From assembly GCF_013122565.1 (NCBI RefSeq), contig NZ_CP053258.1: DNA of 64,000 bases; one strand, written 5' to 3'. This stretch comes from Escherichia coli. GTDB lineage: Bacteria > Pseudomonadota > Gammaproteobacteria > Enterobacterales > Enterobacteriaceae. Below the pieces are notes generated by a model. That model did not search any database. It was not told the DNA's origin and was given only the letters and a program-made list of their open reading frames with translations. A program made the translations under genes and the position numbers. Each line of letters opens with the position of its first letter. Positions within the stretch are counted from its first letter, which is position 1. Of the stretch, positions 47,773 to 60,101 are shown piece by piece.

Positions 47773-50448
47773 ATGGCTGTTACTAATGTCGCTGAACTTA
47801 ACGCACTCGTAGAGCGTGTAAAAAAAGCCCAGCGTGAATATGCCAGTTTCACTCAAGAGCAAGTAGACAAAATCTTCCGCGCCGCCGCTCTGGCTGCTGC
47901 AGATGCTCGAATCCCACTCGCGAAAATGGCCGTTGCCGAATCCGGCATGGGTATCGTCGAAGATAAAGTGATCAAAAACCACTTTGCTTCTGAATATATC
48001 TACAACGCCTATAAAGATGAAAAAACCTGTGGTGTTCTGTCTGAAGACGACACTTTTGGTACCATCACTATCGCTGAACCAATCGGTATTATTTGCGGTA
48101 TCGTTCCGACCACTAACCCGACTTCAACTGCTATCTTCAAATCGCTGATCAGCCTGAAGACCCGTAACGCCATTATCTTCTCCCCGCACCCGCGTGCAAA
48201 AGATGCAACCAACAAAGCGGCTGATATCGTTCTGCAGGCTGCTATCGCTGCCGGTGCTCCGAAAGATCTGATCGGCTGGATCGATCAACCTTCTGTTGAA
48301 CTGTCTAACGCACTGATGCACCACCCAGACATCAACCTGATCCTCGCGACTGGTGGTCCGGGCATGGTTAAAGCCGCATACAGCTCCGGTAAACCAGCTA
48401 TCGGCGTAGGCGCGGGTAACACTCCGGTTGTTATCGATGAAACTGCTGATATCAAACGTGCAGTTGCATCTGTACTGATGTCCAAAACCTTCGACAACGG
48501 CGTAATCTGTGCTTCTGAACAGTCTGTTGTTGTTGTTGACTCTGTTTATGACGCAGTACGTGAACGTTTTGCAACCCACGGCGGCTATCTGTTGCAGGGT
48601 AAAGAGCTGAAAGCTGTTCAGGATGTTATCCTGAAAAACGGTGCGCTGAACGCGGCTATCGTTGGTCAGCCAGCCTATAAAATTGCTGAACTGGCAGGCT
48701 TCTCTGTACCAGAAAACACCAAGATTCTGATCGGTGAAGTGACCGTTGTTGATGAAAGCGAACCGTTCGCACATGAAAAACTGTCCCCGACTCTGGCAAT
48801 GTACCGTGCTAAAGATTTCGAAGACGCGGTAGAAAAAGCAGAGAAACTGGTTGCTATGGGTGGTATCGGTCATACCTCTTGCCTGTACACTGACCAGGAT
48901 AACCAACCGGCTCGCGTTTCTTACTTCGGTCAGAAAATGAAAACGGCTCGTATCCTGATTAACACCCCGGCTTCTCAGGGTGGTATCGGTGACCTGTATA
49001 ACTTCAAACTCGCACCTTCCCTGACTCTGGGTTGTGGTTCTTGGGGTGGTAACTCCATCTCTGAAAACGTTGGTCCGAAACACCTGATCAACAAGAAAAC
49101 CGTTGCTAAGCGAGCTGAAAACATGTTGTGGCACAAACTTCCGAAATCTATCTACTTCCGCCGTGGCTCCCTGCCAATCGCGCTGGATGAAGTGATTACT
49201 GATGGCCACAAACGTGCGCTCATCGTGACTGACCGCTTCCTGTTCAACAATGGTTATGCTGATCAGATCACTTCCGTACTGAAAGCAGCAGGCGTTGAAA
49301 CTGAAGTCTTCTTCGAAGTAGAAGCGGACCCGACCCTGAGCATCGTTCGTAAAGGTGCAGAACTGGCAAACTCCTTCAAACCAGACGTGATTATCGCGCT
49401 GGGTGGTGGTTCCCCGATGGACGCCGCGAAGATCATGTGGGTTATGTACGAACATCCGGAAACTCACTTCGAAGAGCTGGCGCTGCGCTTTATGGATATC
49501 CGTAAACGTATCTACAAGTTCCCGAAAATGGGCGTGAAAGCGAAAATGATCGCTGTCACCACCACTTCTGGTACAGGTTCTGAAGTCACTCCGTTTGCGG
49601 TTGTAACTGACGACGCTACTGGTCAGAAATATCCGCTGGCAGACTATGCGCTGACTCCGGATATGGCGATTGTCGACGCCAACCTGGTTATGGACATGCC
49701 GAAGTCCCTGTGTGCTTTCGGTGGTCTGGACGCAGTAACTCACGCCATGGAAGCTTATGTTTCTGTACTGGCATCTGAGTTCTCTGATGGTCAGGCTCTG
49801 CAGGCACTGAAACTGCTGAAAGAATATCTGCCAGCGTCCTACCACGAAGGGTCTAAAAATCCGGTAGCGCGTGAACGTGTTCACAGTGCAGCGACTATCG
49901 CGGGTATCGCGTTTGCGAACGCCTTCCTGGGTGTATGTCACTCAATGGCGCACAAACTGGGTTCCCAGTTCCATATTCCGCACGGTCTGGCAAACGCCCT
50001 GCTGATTTGTAACGTTATTCGCTACAACGCGAACGACAACCCGACCAAGCAGACTGCATTCAGCCAGTATGACCGTCCGCAGGCTCGCCGTCGTTATGCT
50101 GAAATTGCTGACCACCTGGGTCTGAGCGCACCGGGCGACCGTACTGCTGCTAAGATCGAGAAACTGCTGGCATGGCTGGAAACGCTGAAAGCTGAACTGG
50201 GTATTCCGAAATCTATCCGTGAAGCTGGCGTTCAGGAAGCAGACTTCCTGGCGAATGTGGATAAACTGTCTGAAGATGCATTCGATGACCAGTGCACTGG
50301 CGCTAACCCGCGTTACCCGCTGATCTCCGAGCTGAAACAGATTCTGCTGGATACCTACTACGGTCGTGATTATGTAGAAGGCGAAACTGCAGCGAAGAAA
50401 GAAGCTGCTCCGGCTAAAGCTGAGAAAAAAGCGAAAAAATCCGCTTAA
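47773..50448 (+). CDS. adhE: Bifunctional acetaldehyde-CoA / alcohol dehydrogenase
   Basis: 891 aa; N-terminal aldehyde dehydrogenase half, C-terminal Fe-alcohol dehydrogenase half, Lys/Ala-rich tail. Confidence 0.97.
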
Positions 50449-50571
50449 TCAGTAACGCTGTCTGGCAACATAAACGGCCACTTCTGGGCAATGCCGATCA
50501 GTTAAGGATTAGTTGACCGATCCTTAAACTGCGGCACTATAACGGCTTCCACAACAGGGAGCCGTTTTCTT

Positions 50572-51468
50572 ATGCCACTTCTCAATGATCTGCTCGATTT
50601 CAGTGACCATCCGCTTATGCCTCCGCCCTCTGCACAACTGTTTGCAGAACACCTTCCCACCGAGTGGATACAACACTGCCTGACGCTTTCTGCTCATGCG
50701 ACCGTTCGCCGCCGTCGTTTACCGGGGGACATGGTTATCTGGATGGTGGTGCAATGAGCCAATTACCGATGTTGTTCGCCGTCTGAACCTGAGCGCGGAT
50801 GGCGAAGCGGGGATGAACCTGCTGGTCCGCAGCGCTGTCACCCAGGCGCGTCAGCGCGTGGGGGCCGCCCCGGTGGAATGGCTCTTCCGCCAGACCGCAC
50901 AGACAGGGGCGCGGAACGTTACCTGAAGGATGACTGGCACGGCCTGCAACTTTTTGCCATTGATGGCGCACAGTTCAGGACACCTGATGAACCCGAGCTG
51001 CGTGAATATTATGGGTCTGCCAACACATCCACTAAGCGGCAGAGCGCCTACCCGGTTATGCGTCTGGTGGCCTTAATGAACCTGGGAAGTCACATTCTGC
51101 TGAATGCCGTGACCGCACCTTACCGGCAGAGCGAAACTGTGCTGGCCCACTCCATGCTCGCCACCATCCCGGATAACTCTATTACGTTGTTTGATAAGCT
51201 TTTTTACAGCGAAGACCTGCTGCTGACGCTGAACCAGAAGGGTTGTAACCGCCACTGGCTACTGCCTGCGTGGAAGAATATCGCATCAGAAATGATAGTG
51301 CTGGGAAACACGGCGTCACCAGGGACCATCCCGAAACGACTGGAGCATCTTCGGGGTGCTCTGGAAGTGGTGTTCATAACAAAACGCCCCCGACCATCAA
51401 GGCCGAGGGCGGTTAAGATATCAAAAACCCGTTATCCTGTGAAACATAGTGCCGCTCCTCTTAAGTGA
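50572..51468 (+). pseudogene. insZ: Degraded IS4-family transposase remnant (insZ-like)
   Basis: Three consecutive plus-strand ORFs of 61, 76 and 196 aa in different frames read as one interrupted transposase-like sequence; no flanking inverted repeats noticed. Confidence 0.65.
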
Positions 51469-51747
51469 ACGGCATTGCCCTTCTGGGACCGTTTTTTGTT
51501 TACCCAAAGCAACTTTTCCATAAACCGACAGCATTAGCCTTCATCATATTTGCGACGATGTATAACGCCTACACACAGCGATATTGTACTTTACAGGTCA
51601 CAAGTCAATGTCGGTGTATAAGCGCTCTGGGAGGCGTATAGCGGCGTTAAAAAACTGCCGAGAAGGGTGTATAGCCCGGAAGAAGTGCGTAAAACGAACT
51701 GACAGGATAAAAGCGCCCTGCTCACCCTGTCAGTAAAAAAATTCTTA

Positions 51748-52365
51748 TTAATCGTGGCGATGCCTTTCCTGAATAGCCGTTAATGAGCCGACTTCTAACG
51801 CCTCTTTATAGTGTTTACGGCATACAGAAACGTAGCGTTCATTACCACCAATAACCACCTGCTCACCTTCGTTATAAGGTCTGCCTGCTTGATCAAGACG
51901 CAGCACCATGCTTGCTTTACGGCCACAAAAACAGATGGTTTTTAATTCAACCAGTTTGTCGGACCATGCCAGTAAGTATTGGCTGCCAATAAATAATTCA
52001 CCTCGAAAATCGGTACGTAAACCATAACAAAGTACGGGTATATCGAGTTGATCGACAACCTCCGATAATTCATATACTTGTTGTCTGGTTAAAAACTGGC
52101 ATTCATCAACCAGTACGCAATGAATTGCCTGCTGTTCATGTTCCGCACGAATCTCATCAAATAATGATGAATTTTGGTTAAATAATTTTGCAGGCGATGA
52201 CAAACCTATACGCGAGCTGACTTTCCCGGCACCAAAGCGATCATCAATTTCTGCCGTATATACGACAGTGCTCATGCCGCGTTCCTGGTAATTGTATGAA
52301 GATTGCAACAATGCTGTAGACTTACCCGCATTCATTGCGGAATAGTAGAAATATAGCTGTGCCAT
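51748..52365 (-). CDS. tdk: Thymidine kinase
   Basis: 205 aa; P-loop [10 protein letters not shown]; C-terminal zinc-binding Cys pairs. Confidence 0.93.
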   Translation of the reverse strand: MAQLYFYYSAMNAGKSTALLQSSYNYQERGMSTVVYTAEIDDRFGAGKVSSRIGLSSPAKLFNQNSSLFDEIRAEHEQQAIHCVLVDECQFLTRQQVYELSEVVDQLDIPVLCYGLRTDFRGELFIGSQYLLAWSDKLVELKTICFCGRKASMVLRLDQAGRPYNEGEQVVIGGNERYVSVCRKHYKEALEVGSLTAIQERHRHD

Positions 52366-52968
52366 CAGCCACAGGCCCTCAATGATATGAAATAAAGTTG
52401 GCTGGAGTTTATCATAATTCGTCAGTTTTTCAGCTCAACAGTATGCACAGAAGTGGTATATGCGTTCTCCCTTACGAAGCCTTGCATAATCCTTCTGAGC
52501 TATCATTACAACTGCCTCGCTTGTTATAAGCGGGTAAATGACTGCTGGTAACTATTCACAATCTTTAACCTGTTGCGCAAGTAATAGCCCTCTGTTGATC
52601 TCCAGGAGATAGTGCAATACTAAGTCCCTGCTCTTATTGCGACTGTTCTACTTTTCATCATTCGCTTAATAGGGAATTCTCGTAAACACGACTAATACAG
52701 AAGACTGAAAGGTCGTCAGTCTACGATAATCTCCCCATAAAATGTGACATGAATCAGGAAGTTTTAACCTCACGAGCTGCGAAATCATCGGTGCAAATAG
52801 GGCTATATGCCGCGTCTTTTCTGGCTAATTTTATGAAAAGATATTTATTGGCGGCACAAAATAAAGAACAATTTTGAATTCCTTACATTCCTGGCTATTG
52901 CACAACTGAATTTAAGGCTCTATTATTACCTCAACAAACCACCCCAATATAAGTTTGAGATTACTACA

Positions 52969-53382
52969 ATGAGCGAAGCACTTAAAATTCTGAACAACAT
53001 CCGTACTCTTCGTGCGCAGGCAAGAGAATGTACACTTGAAACGCTGGAAGAAATGCTGGAAAAATTAGAAGTTGTTGTTAACGAACGTCGCGAAGAAGAA
53101 AGCGCGGCTGCTGCTGAAGTTGAAGAGCGCACTCGTAAACTGCAGCAATATCGCGAAATGCTGATCGCTGACGGTATTGACCCGAACGAACTGCTGAATA
53201 GCCTTGCTGCCGTTAAATCTGGCACCAAAGCTAAACGTGCTCAGCGTCCGGCAAAATATAGCTACGTTGACGAAAACGGCGAAACTAAAACCTGGACTGG
53301 CCAGGGCCGTACTCCAGCTGTAATCAAAAAAGCAATGGATGAGCAAGGTAAATCCCTCGACGATTTCCTGATCAAGCAATAA
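52969..53382 (+). CDS. hns: Nucleoid-associated protein H-NS
   Basis: 137 aa [41 protein letters not shown]...; C-terminal DNA-binding motif TWTGQGRTP. Confidence 0.97.
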
Positions 53383-53406
53383 TCTTTTGTAGATTGCACT
53401 TGCTTA

Positions 53407-53432
53407 AAATCCCGCCATCGGCGGGATTTTTT
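53407..53432 (+). terminator. Intrinsic terminator after hns
   Basis: aaatcccgcc-atc-ggcgggattt followed by TTT. Confidence 0.7.
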
Positions 53433-53474
53433 ATTGTCCGGTTTAAGACAATTTAATAAGAATAAGCTATAAAA

Positions 53475-53502
53475 AAACGGCGTCGATTGCTCAACGCCGT
53501 TT
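53475..53502 (-). terminator. Intrinsic terminator after galU
   Basis: Inverted repeat aaacggcgt / acgccgttt with 10-nt loop; T-run on the minus strand. Confidence 0.6.
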
Positions 53503-53525
53503 CGTGGATAACACCGATATGGATG

Positions 53526-54434
53526 TTACTTCTTAATGCCCATCTCTTCTTCAAGCCAGGCTTTAAATTCCGTGCCAAGGGTGTTATGACGAATACCGTA
53601 TTCAACGAAGGCCTGCATGTAACCTAATTTATTACCGCAGTCATGGCTCTTCCCTTTCATATGATAGGCTTCAACCGTTTCTTTTTCGATCAGCATATCA
53701 ATTGCGTCGGTGAGCTGAATTTCATCACCAGCTCCCGGAGGTGTTTTTGCCAGCAACGGCCAAATATCCGCGCTAAGTACGTAACGACCCACGATAGCGA
53801 GATTAGACGGCGCAACATCCGCTTTTGGTTTTTCAACCACGCCAACCATAGGTACGCTTTCACCCGGCGCTAATTCAACGCCTTTGCAATCCACAACGCC
53901 ATATGCGGTCACATCAGCAACCGGTTCAACCATGATCTGGCTATGACCCGTTTCATCAAAGCGGCGGATCATCTCTGCCAGGTTATCCTGTGACAAATCG
54001 GATTCATATTCATCCAGAATAACGTCAGGCAAAATAACAGCCACAGGTTCATCACCCACTACCGGGTGAGCACACAATACCGCGTGTCCCAGGCCTTTCG
54101 CCAGCCCCTGACGAACTTGCATAATAGTCACGTGCGGCGGACAAATAGACTGCACTTCATCAAGCAGTTGACGTTTTACACGTTTTTCCAGCATTGCTTC
54201 CAGTTCAAAACTGGTATCAAAGTGGTTTTCAATCGAGTTTTTAGATGAGTGCGTAACCAGCACAATTTCAGTAATGCCAGCCGCAATACATTCATTCACG
54301 ACGTATTGAATTAATGGCTTATCGACAAGTGGCAGCATCTCTTTCGGGATGGCTTTCGTCGCCGGCAACATCCTGGTTCCTAATCCCGCAACGGGGATAA
54401 CGGCTTTTTTGACTTTCGTATTAATGGCAGCCAT
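53526..54434 (-). CDS. galU: UTP-glucose-1-phosphate uridylyltransferase
   Basis: 302 aa; N-terminal nucleotidyltransferase motif [22 protein letters not shown]. Confidence 0.95.
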
Positions 54435-54635
54435 TTAAATTCTCCTGGACTGTTCGTGTTTTGAACGTGTTCATATTTCTGTATCGCATCCCAGTATATC
54501 AGCACCCCGAAGGGGCTAAGTTCTGAAAAGGATGCGAGTTAGCATAATTAAGACAATTACTTATACGAATGGCGACGATAGTACCACCAGCCGACATTAG
54601 CAGGTAATGCAAATTTAGCCCGCGTTATCGTTTGC

Positions 54636-55649
54636 TCATTCTGCAGACAACATCAAGCGCAGCCGACCACCGGTTCCCCATATTTGGCATTGCCAGGCAT
54701 CGCATCGCTGGCTAAATTGATTCAAATAAGCGTTACCTAAAGTGCCTAACGGAACACCATTACTGATTTGCACCTGGTGTTCGCCGGTATTTAACGTCGC
54801 ATTCAGACCCGCAGAAACCAGAATGAGATTTTTCAGTTCGCGATGATAATAGCCAACTAATAGCGGAAACTGCCCCGGCAGATTGGCCTGACGGAGTAAA
54901 TGGTTTACCTGCTTCAATAACGCGCCCAACTCTGGCAACCGTTGATTTTGGTGTGCAAGCTGTTCCTGTAATAATCCGTTAAACAATGCGCGTAATAACA
55001 AGGCAGCAAGTACGCCATTATGTCCAGCTCGGGTGACATCAAGGCAATAAAATGCCAGATCGTTTTCCGAAAGTGCGGCAATATCAAGCACCAGGCCGGG
55101 TTTGTCCGCGGCAACCAATTGACGATAATTAACCCGGCAATGGGAAATCACCTGCTGAACCGGCGGTTGTAGTTCCTGTAATAATTTCGCCGCTGCGGCA
55201 GGGTTATCAACCATTGCATCCCAGTCGCGAAAAAGTCTTTCCTCTTCCTCAACGCGGGAATTAAACATACTGGGATAGAGACAGGCAAAAACCATCTCGC
55301 GCAAGCGATTCAGATCTTTAACTGGTTTCAGCAAAACATCTTCAACGCCCAGACGTAACGCTTTGGCAATATCTGCCATATTTTCGGTGGCAGATATCAC
55401 CAGAACCGGTGTCTGGTCACCTCTGTTGCGTATATGTTCCAGCAGTTTAAGCCCGTTCATTCGTGGCATCGCGATATCACATATCATCAGGTCTGGAGTG
55501 AAACCTCCCAGCAACTCAAGGGCATCCACCCCATCAGCCGCCAGTACCGTTGTCGCTCCCAATGAGGAAAACCACGAATCCAGAAGCGAGCGAAATACCT
55601 GCTCATCTTCAACAATGAGAATCTGTTTTCCGACCAATGGCTGCGTCAT
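54636..55649 (-). CDS. rssB: RpoS-degradation adaptor response regulator
   Basis: 337 aa; N-terminal receiver domain with PP2C-like C-terminal domain. Confidence 0.93.
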   Translation of the reverse strand: MTQPLVGKQILIVEDEQVFRSLLDSWFSSLGATTVLAADGVDALELLGGFTPDLMICDIAMPRMNGLKLLEHIRNRGDQTPVLVISATENMADIAKALRLGVEDVLLKPVKDLNRLREMVFACLYPSMFNSRVEEEERLFRDWDAMVDNPAAAAKLLQELQPPVQQVISHCRVNYRQLVAADKPGLVLDIAALSENDLAFYCLDVTRAGHNGVLAALLLRALFNGLLQEQLAHQNQRLPELGALLKQVNHLLRQANLPGQFPLLVGYYHRELKNLILVSAGLNATLNTGEHQVQISNGVPLGTLGNAYLNQFSQRCDAWQCQIWGTGGRLRLMLSAE

Positions 55650-55740
55650 GTTCTCTCCCCTGACTGGCTTTACTCAATAGTGGCATGCTATTGCCACCTG
55701 CGCCTGTCAGAATTAACTTAAGTGTAGATAAAAATTCTGG

Positions 55741-56646
55741 TCAAATGTTGGTGCGTACCAACGGCAAAAGTTCGTCTATTTTCTTTTCCACTGCCAGCTG
55801 CCCGGCCGCAATGGCAGCGTGCGCGCGATGGAAATCAAGCGTAGATATTTGCGGGCAAACAGGTTGAATCAGAATATCGGGCGGATCACCTGCCATGCGG
55901 TTCCTTTTAAGGCGGTTCTCCAGCACCTGGATAGAAGTGGTCATAATCTCTGTTGCCGTTGGCGCTGTCACCGCCCGACGTGTTGTTATGCTGCCTAACC
56001 TTTCTTTCAGACGCGCATGCCACGGCAAAGATTCACCATTCTCGCTATTTTCTTCACTGACATTAAAGGAGAGCAAATCTTGTTGCATCAAATGAGCATC
56101 GTGCTGCAGGTCGACCGCTATCACAATATCAGCCCCCAATGCACGCGTGAGGGAAATAGGAATTGGGTTAACTACTGCTCCATCAACCAGCCAGTAGCCG
56201 TTATGTGCAACAGGTGCCATGAGTCCTGGAATACTGCATGATGCGCGAATAGCAAGATGGAGATCGCCTTCAGTAAACCATAATTCACGTCCCGTACTTA
56301 AATTGGTGGCAACAGCCGCAAAGCGACGGGAACAATTTTCGATCTCTGTTTCCGGCATTATTTCGCGGTATTGATTGAAGACACGCTCGCCGCGCAGTAA
56401 CCCACCGCGCTGCCAGGAGAGATCCATCAGGCGTAAAACATCCCAATAACTGAAAGAGGTCACCCAATCTTCCAGCGCAGATAATCGATCGCATGCATAG
56501 GCAGCGCCCACCAGCGAACCAATTGAACATCCTGCAACGATATCAATTTCAATACCCACTTTTTTTAGCGCATTAATAACGCCAATATGCGACCAACCTC
56601 TTGCCGCGCCAGATCCCAGCGCCAGCCCTATTTTTATCTTTCTCAT
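55741..56646 (-). CDS. rssA: Patatin-like phospholipase
   Basis: Start at internal Met giving 301 aa MRKIKIGLALGSGAARGWSH...; GxSxG nucleophile motif in AGCSIGSLVGA. Confidence 0.88.
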   Translation of the reverse strand: MRKIKIGLALGSGAARGWSHIGVINALKKVGIEIDIVAGCSIGSLVGAAYACDRLSALEDWVTSFSYWDVLRLMDLSWQRGGLLRGERVFNQYREIMPETEIENCSRRFAAVATNLSTGRELWFTEGDLHLAIRASCSIPGLMAPVAHNGYWLVDGAVVNPIPISLTRALGADIVIAVDLQHDAHLMQQDLLSFNVSEENSENGESLPWHARLKERLGSITTRRAVTAPTATEIMTTSIQVLENRLKRNRMAGDPPDILIQPVCPQISTLDFHRAHAAIAAGQLAVEKKIDELLPLVRTNI

Positions 56647-56758
56647 TATTCCCGCAAGATTCCCCTGGAATGCAATCGTAGCCACATCGCTACTGCTCGG
56701 TTAACATAGTGCTACTCAGGCGGTTAATACGCCGTTATTGTTTCCAGGGAGATTATTT

Positions 56759-57217
56759 GTGTCTCAGCTTTGTCCCTGTGGTAGTGCTGTCGAGTATAGC
56801 CTATGTTGCCACCCTTATGTGTCTGGTGAAAAGGTTGCACCTGATCCAGAACATCTCATGCGTTCGCGTTACTGCGCTTTTGTGATGCAAGACGCAGATT
56901 ATTTAATAAAGACCTGGCATCCATCTTGTGGAGCAGCGGCGTTACGTGCCGAATTGATTGCCGGATTTGCGCATACTGAATGGTTGGGATTGACCGTATT
57001 TGAACATTGTTGGCAGGACGCCGACAATATCGGATTTGTCAGTTTTGTTGCTCGATTTACCGAAGGTGGCAAAACAGGTGCAATAATTGAACGTTCGCGA
57101 TTTTTGAAAGAAAACGGTCAATGGTACTATATTGACGGTACACGTCCGCAGTTTGGCCGCAACGATCCCTGCCCTTGTGGTTCAGGTAAAAAATTTAAAA
57201 AGTGCTGCGGCCAATAA
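56759..57217 (+). CDS. ychJ: SEC-C motif protein (UPF0225 family)
   Basis: GTG start after SD agggaga giving (M)SQLCPCGS... (152 aa); N- and C-terminal CPCGSG metal motifs. Confidence 0.85.
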   Translation: MSQLCPCGSAVEYSLCCHPYVSGEKVAPDPEHLMRSRYCAFVMQDADYLIKTWHPSCGAAALRAELIAGFAHTEWLGLTVFEHCWQDADNIGFVSFVARFTEGGKTGAIIERSRFLKENGQWYYIDGTRPQFGRNDPCPCGSGKKFKKCCGQ

Positions 57218-57266
57218 TGGTTGACGGTACGGTTTAGCAAACACTCTCAACAAGGTTTTTCCAGCA

Positions 57267-58109
57267 ATGCATTCACTCCAACGTAAAGTTCTGCGTACTA
57301 TTTGTCCGGACCAAAAAGGTCTGATCGCACGTATTACCAATATTTGCTACAAGCACGAGTTAAATATCGTACAGAACAATGAATTTGTTGATCACCGTAC
57401 CGGGCGCTTTTTTATGCGCACGGAACTGGAAGGGATTTTTAATGATTCCACCCTGCTGGCGGATCTCGATAGCGCATTGCCAGAAGGCTCCGTGCGTGAG
57501 CTGAATCCTGCCGGTCGTCGCCGGATAGTGATTCTGGTCACTAAAGAAGCGCATTGCCTTGGCGATTTGTTGATGAAAGCCAATTATGGCGGCCTGGATG
57601 TCGAAATCGCGGCAGTGATTGGTAACCACGATACTTTACGTTCTCTGGTTGAGCGTTTTGATATACCGTTTGAGCTGGTAAGCCATGAAGGGTTAAGCCG
57701 CAACGAGCACGATCAAAAGATGGCGGATGCCATTGATGCTTATCAACCTGACTACGTGGTGCTGGCGAAGTATATGCGGGTATTAACACCGGAATTTGTG
57801 TCACGCTTCCCGAATAAAATCATCAATATTCACCATTCCTTCCTGCCAGCGTTTATCGGCGCACGTCCTTATCACCAGGCCTATGAACGTGGCGTGAAGA
57901 TTATTGGCGCAACCGCTCACTATGTGAATGACAATCTGGACGAAGGCCCAATCATCATGCAGGACGTTATTCATGTCGATCATACCTACACAGCTGAAGA
58001 TATGATGCGCGCAGGTCGTGACGTCGAGAAAAACGTCTTAAGTCGTGCGCTTTACAAAGTACTGGCGCAGCGCGTCTTTGTTTACGGTAATCGCACGATT
58101 ATTCTTTAA
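57267..58109 (+). CDS. purU: Formyltetrahydrofolate deformylase
   Basis: 280 aa; N-terminal ACT domain and C-terminal formyltransferase fold. Confidence 0.95.
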   Translation: MHSLQRKVLRTICPDQKGLIARITNICYKHELNIVQNNEFVDHRTGRFFMRTELEGIFNDSTLLADLDSALPEGSVRELNPAGRRRIVILVTKEAHCLGDLLMKANYGGLDVEIAAVIGNHDTLRSLVERFDIPFELVSHEGLSRNEHDQKMADAIDAYQPDYVVLAKYMRVLTPEFVSRFPNKIINIHHSFLPAFIGARPYHQAYERGVKIIGATAHYVNDNLDEGPIIMQDVIHVDHTYTAEDMMRAGRDVEKNVLSRALYKVLAQRVFVYGNRTIIL

Positions 58110-58190
58110 TCACCAGCAAAAATAACTGGTTACCTTTAATCCGTTACGGCTGAAAATTACGCAACCAGTTCATTTTTCTCAACGTAACAC

Positions 58191-58218
58191 TTTACAGCGG
58201 CGCGTCATTTGATATGAT
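58191..58218 (+). promoter_or_regulatory. tRNA-Tyr promoter with GC-rich discriminator
   Basis: TTTACA at 58191-58196, 16-bp spacer, TATGAT at 58213-58218, then cgccccgcttcc; about 41 nt upstream of the mature tRNA 5' end. Confidence 0.7.
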
Positions 58219-58268
58219 GCGCCCCGCTTCCCGATAAGGGAGCAGGCCAGTAAAAAGCATTACCCCGT

Positions 58269-58353
<85 letters not shown>

Positions 58354-58531
58354 TCACTTTCAAAAGTTCCTGAACTCTCAAGCGAATCCGCAATTAAATA
58401 TTCTGCCCAAGCGGTGAAGGATGAGAAGATTCGACCAAGGTTCGACTCGAGCGTCAGCGAGAGAGCGTTGCCGCAGGCAACGACCCGAAGGGCGAAGCGC
58501 GCAGCGCTAGTAATCCTTCCCCCACCACCAT
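58354..58531 (+). repeat. tRNA-distal repeat unit ending in a copy of the last 19 nt of tRNA-Tyr
   Basis: aatccttcccccaccacca recurs at 58512-58530, about 177 nt after the tRNA 3' end; partial similarity continues after it; resembles the 178-bp repeats of the K-12 tyrT operon. Confidence 0.6.
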
Positions 58532-58668
58532 TACTTCCTGAAATACTCAAACCCTGTTACTCCGAGCTAATTCTGCCCGATGGCACCGCGTTTACCGGAC
58601 CTAAAATATCCTCCCCTGAAGTTCGGATAAGCGAAGCGCATCCGACAACTCACCCCGCACCGTGCCCA

Positions 58669-58693
58669 TAAAAAAACCCCGCCGAAGCAGGGT
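58669..58693 (-). terminator. Intrinsic terminator after narI
   Basis: Minus-strand RNA CCCUGC-UUCG-GCGGGG (one G-U pair, UUCG tetraloop) followed by U7, about 20 nt after the narI stop. Confidence 0.6.
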
Positions 58694-58713
58694 CTATGTG
58701 AACTAAAATTCGC

Positions 58714-59391
58714 TTAGTGACGGGCGCGCACCAGCTGATACTTACGTGTCAGATACTCCACCGGGACGCTCCAGATGTGCACCAGACGCGAGAACGGGAA
58801 CAGCAGGAATAACGTCATCCCCAGCACCAGGTGCAGACGGAAGATAAACGCCACGCCATCAAGATGTTGAGAAGCACCACCGTGGAAGGTCACTACCGAC
58901 TGCGCCCAGCCAACCAGTTTCATCATCTCGCTACCGTCCATATGTTGGGCGGAGAACGGAATGGTCAACAGGCCCAGCGCGCACTGGATAACGAGCAGCG
59001 ACAGGATCAGGATATCCGCTCCGGTAGTGGTTGCACGCACGCGTGGGCTGAACAGACGACGCTTCAGCAACAGCACGCCGCCAATCAGACACAGCACACC
59101 GCTGGCACCACCAGCAAACATCGCCATTTTCTGTTTCACTTCAATCGGCAGCCAGGCTTCATACATCCAGTGCGGCGTCAGCATACCGAAGAAGTGACCA
59201 ACAAAAATCCCCAGAATCCCGATATGGAACAGGTTCGACGCCAGGTTCATCCCTTTGCGATCCAGCATCTGGCTGGACGCCGCGCGCCAGGTGTACTGCC
59301 CGTAGTCATAACGCAGCCAGCTACCAATCAGGAAGACCGCTCCGGCTATGTACGGGTAGATATCAAAGAAGAACATATTCAGGAATTGCAT
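58714..59391 (-). CDS. narI: Respiratory nitrate reductase gamma subunit (cytochrome b)
   Basis: 225 aa, five TM helices with conserved His. Confidence 0.95.
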   Translation of the reverse strand: MQFLNMFFFDIYPYIAGAVFLIGSWLRYDYGQYTWRAASSQMLDRKGMNLASNLFHIGILGIFVGHFFGMLTPHWMYEAWLPIEVKQKMAMFAGGASGVLCLIGGVLLLKRRLFSPRVRATTTGADILILSLLVIQCALGLLTIPFSAQHMDGSEMMKLVGWAQSVVTFHGGASQHLDGVAFIFRLHLVLGMTLFLLFPFSRLVHIWSVPVEYLTRKYQLVRARH

Positions 59392-60101
59392 TAGTGCTGT
59401 CCTCCGGTGGTGATATTCAGATATTGCGGCGCGACGGCACCGGCAAAGCGACGCTGATGAGCAGTGATTGCTGAATCACCGCAGCCTTTGTCAGCAAAGA
59501 ATTTAACCTGCTCTTCTTCCCAGACGGCATCCAGCGCCTGCGGCGTATCGTCGCGTGCTTCGTCGGCAATTTTTTCCGCCACTTTGTCGCTGTCGATAGC
59601 GGTATTCGCCAGTTTCAGCAGCAGATCAAACAGCACGGCATAACGGCTTTCACGCTGTTGCAGACGCGCACTCAGCAATGCCAGAATCGGCGCAATATCT
59701 TTCAAACCCTCCACGGCTTCGCTTTGCGGCAGCTGCGCCAGGTACTCCAGATACAGCGGCAGATGGTCCGGCAATTCGCGGCTGTTTAACTGCAAGCCGT
59801 GCTGCTCATACTGCGCCAGCAGGTCCACCATCGCCTGACCGCGGTCGCGGGATTCGCCGTGCACATGTTCAAACAGCAACAACGACGTGGCGCGGCCACG
59901 GTCGAACAGTTCGCTGTACTGCGCCTGGGCATCGAGCGGATCCATCGTCGTTAAATCGCGCAGGAAAATGCCCAGCGCATGGGCATCCTCTTTTGGCAGA
60001 TTTTTCGACGCGGCAATCGCCTCAAACATCTCTTGTTGATGCTGCCATAAGGCAGCATCCGGATATTCAAGGAGACGCGATACAATCACGAGTTCGATCA
60101 T
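59391..60101 (-). CDS. narJ: Nitrate reductase assembly chaperone
   Basis: 236 aa; overlaps the narI start by 1 nt. Confidence 0.93.
   Translation of the reverse strand: MIELVIVSRLLEYPDAALWQHQQEMFEAIAASKNLPKEDAHALGIFLRDLTTMDPLDAQAQYSELFDRGRATSLLLFEHVHGESRDRGQAMVDLLAQYEQHGLQLNSRELPDHLPLYLEYLAQLPQSEAVEGLKDIAPILALLSARLQQRESRYAVLFDLLLKLANTAIDSDKVAEKIADEARDDTPQALDAVWEEEQVKFFADKGCGDSAITAHQRRFAGAVAPQYLNITTGGQH

Noticed and set aside
48124-49941. 605-aa minus-strand ORF lying entirely inside adhE
   Set aside because: Antisense to a highly expressed, strongly codon-biased gene; translation is low-complexity with no recognisable domain. Long antisense ORFs of this kind are a known artefact.
50500-50527. 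Hairpin after adhE as an intrinsic terminator
   Set aside because: Stem is AT-rich (ttaaggat / atccttaa) with a 10-nt loop and no following T-run; too weak to call.
58512-58531. Possible second tRNA-Tyr gene
   Set aside because: Only the last 19 nt of the tRNA are repeated here; acceptor 5' half, D-arm and anticodon arm are absent, so it is a repeat-unit end, not a gene.
58354-58700. Integrative element inserted at the tRNA gene
   Set aside because: No integrase, no att-like direct repeat beyond the native tRNA-end repeat, and only about 360 bp separate the tRNA from the narI terminator.
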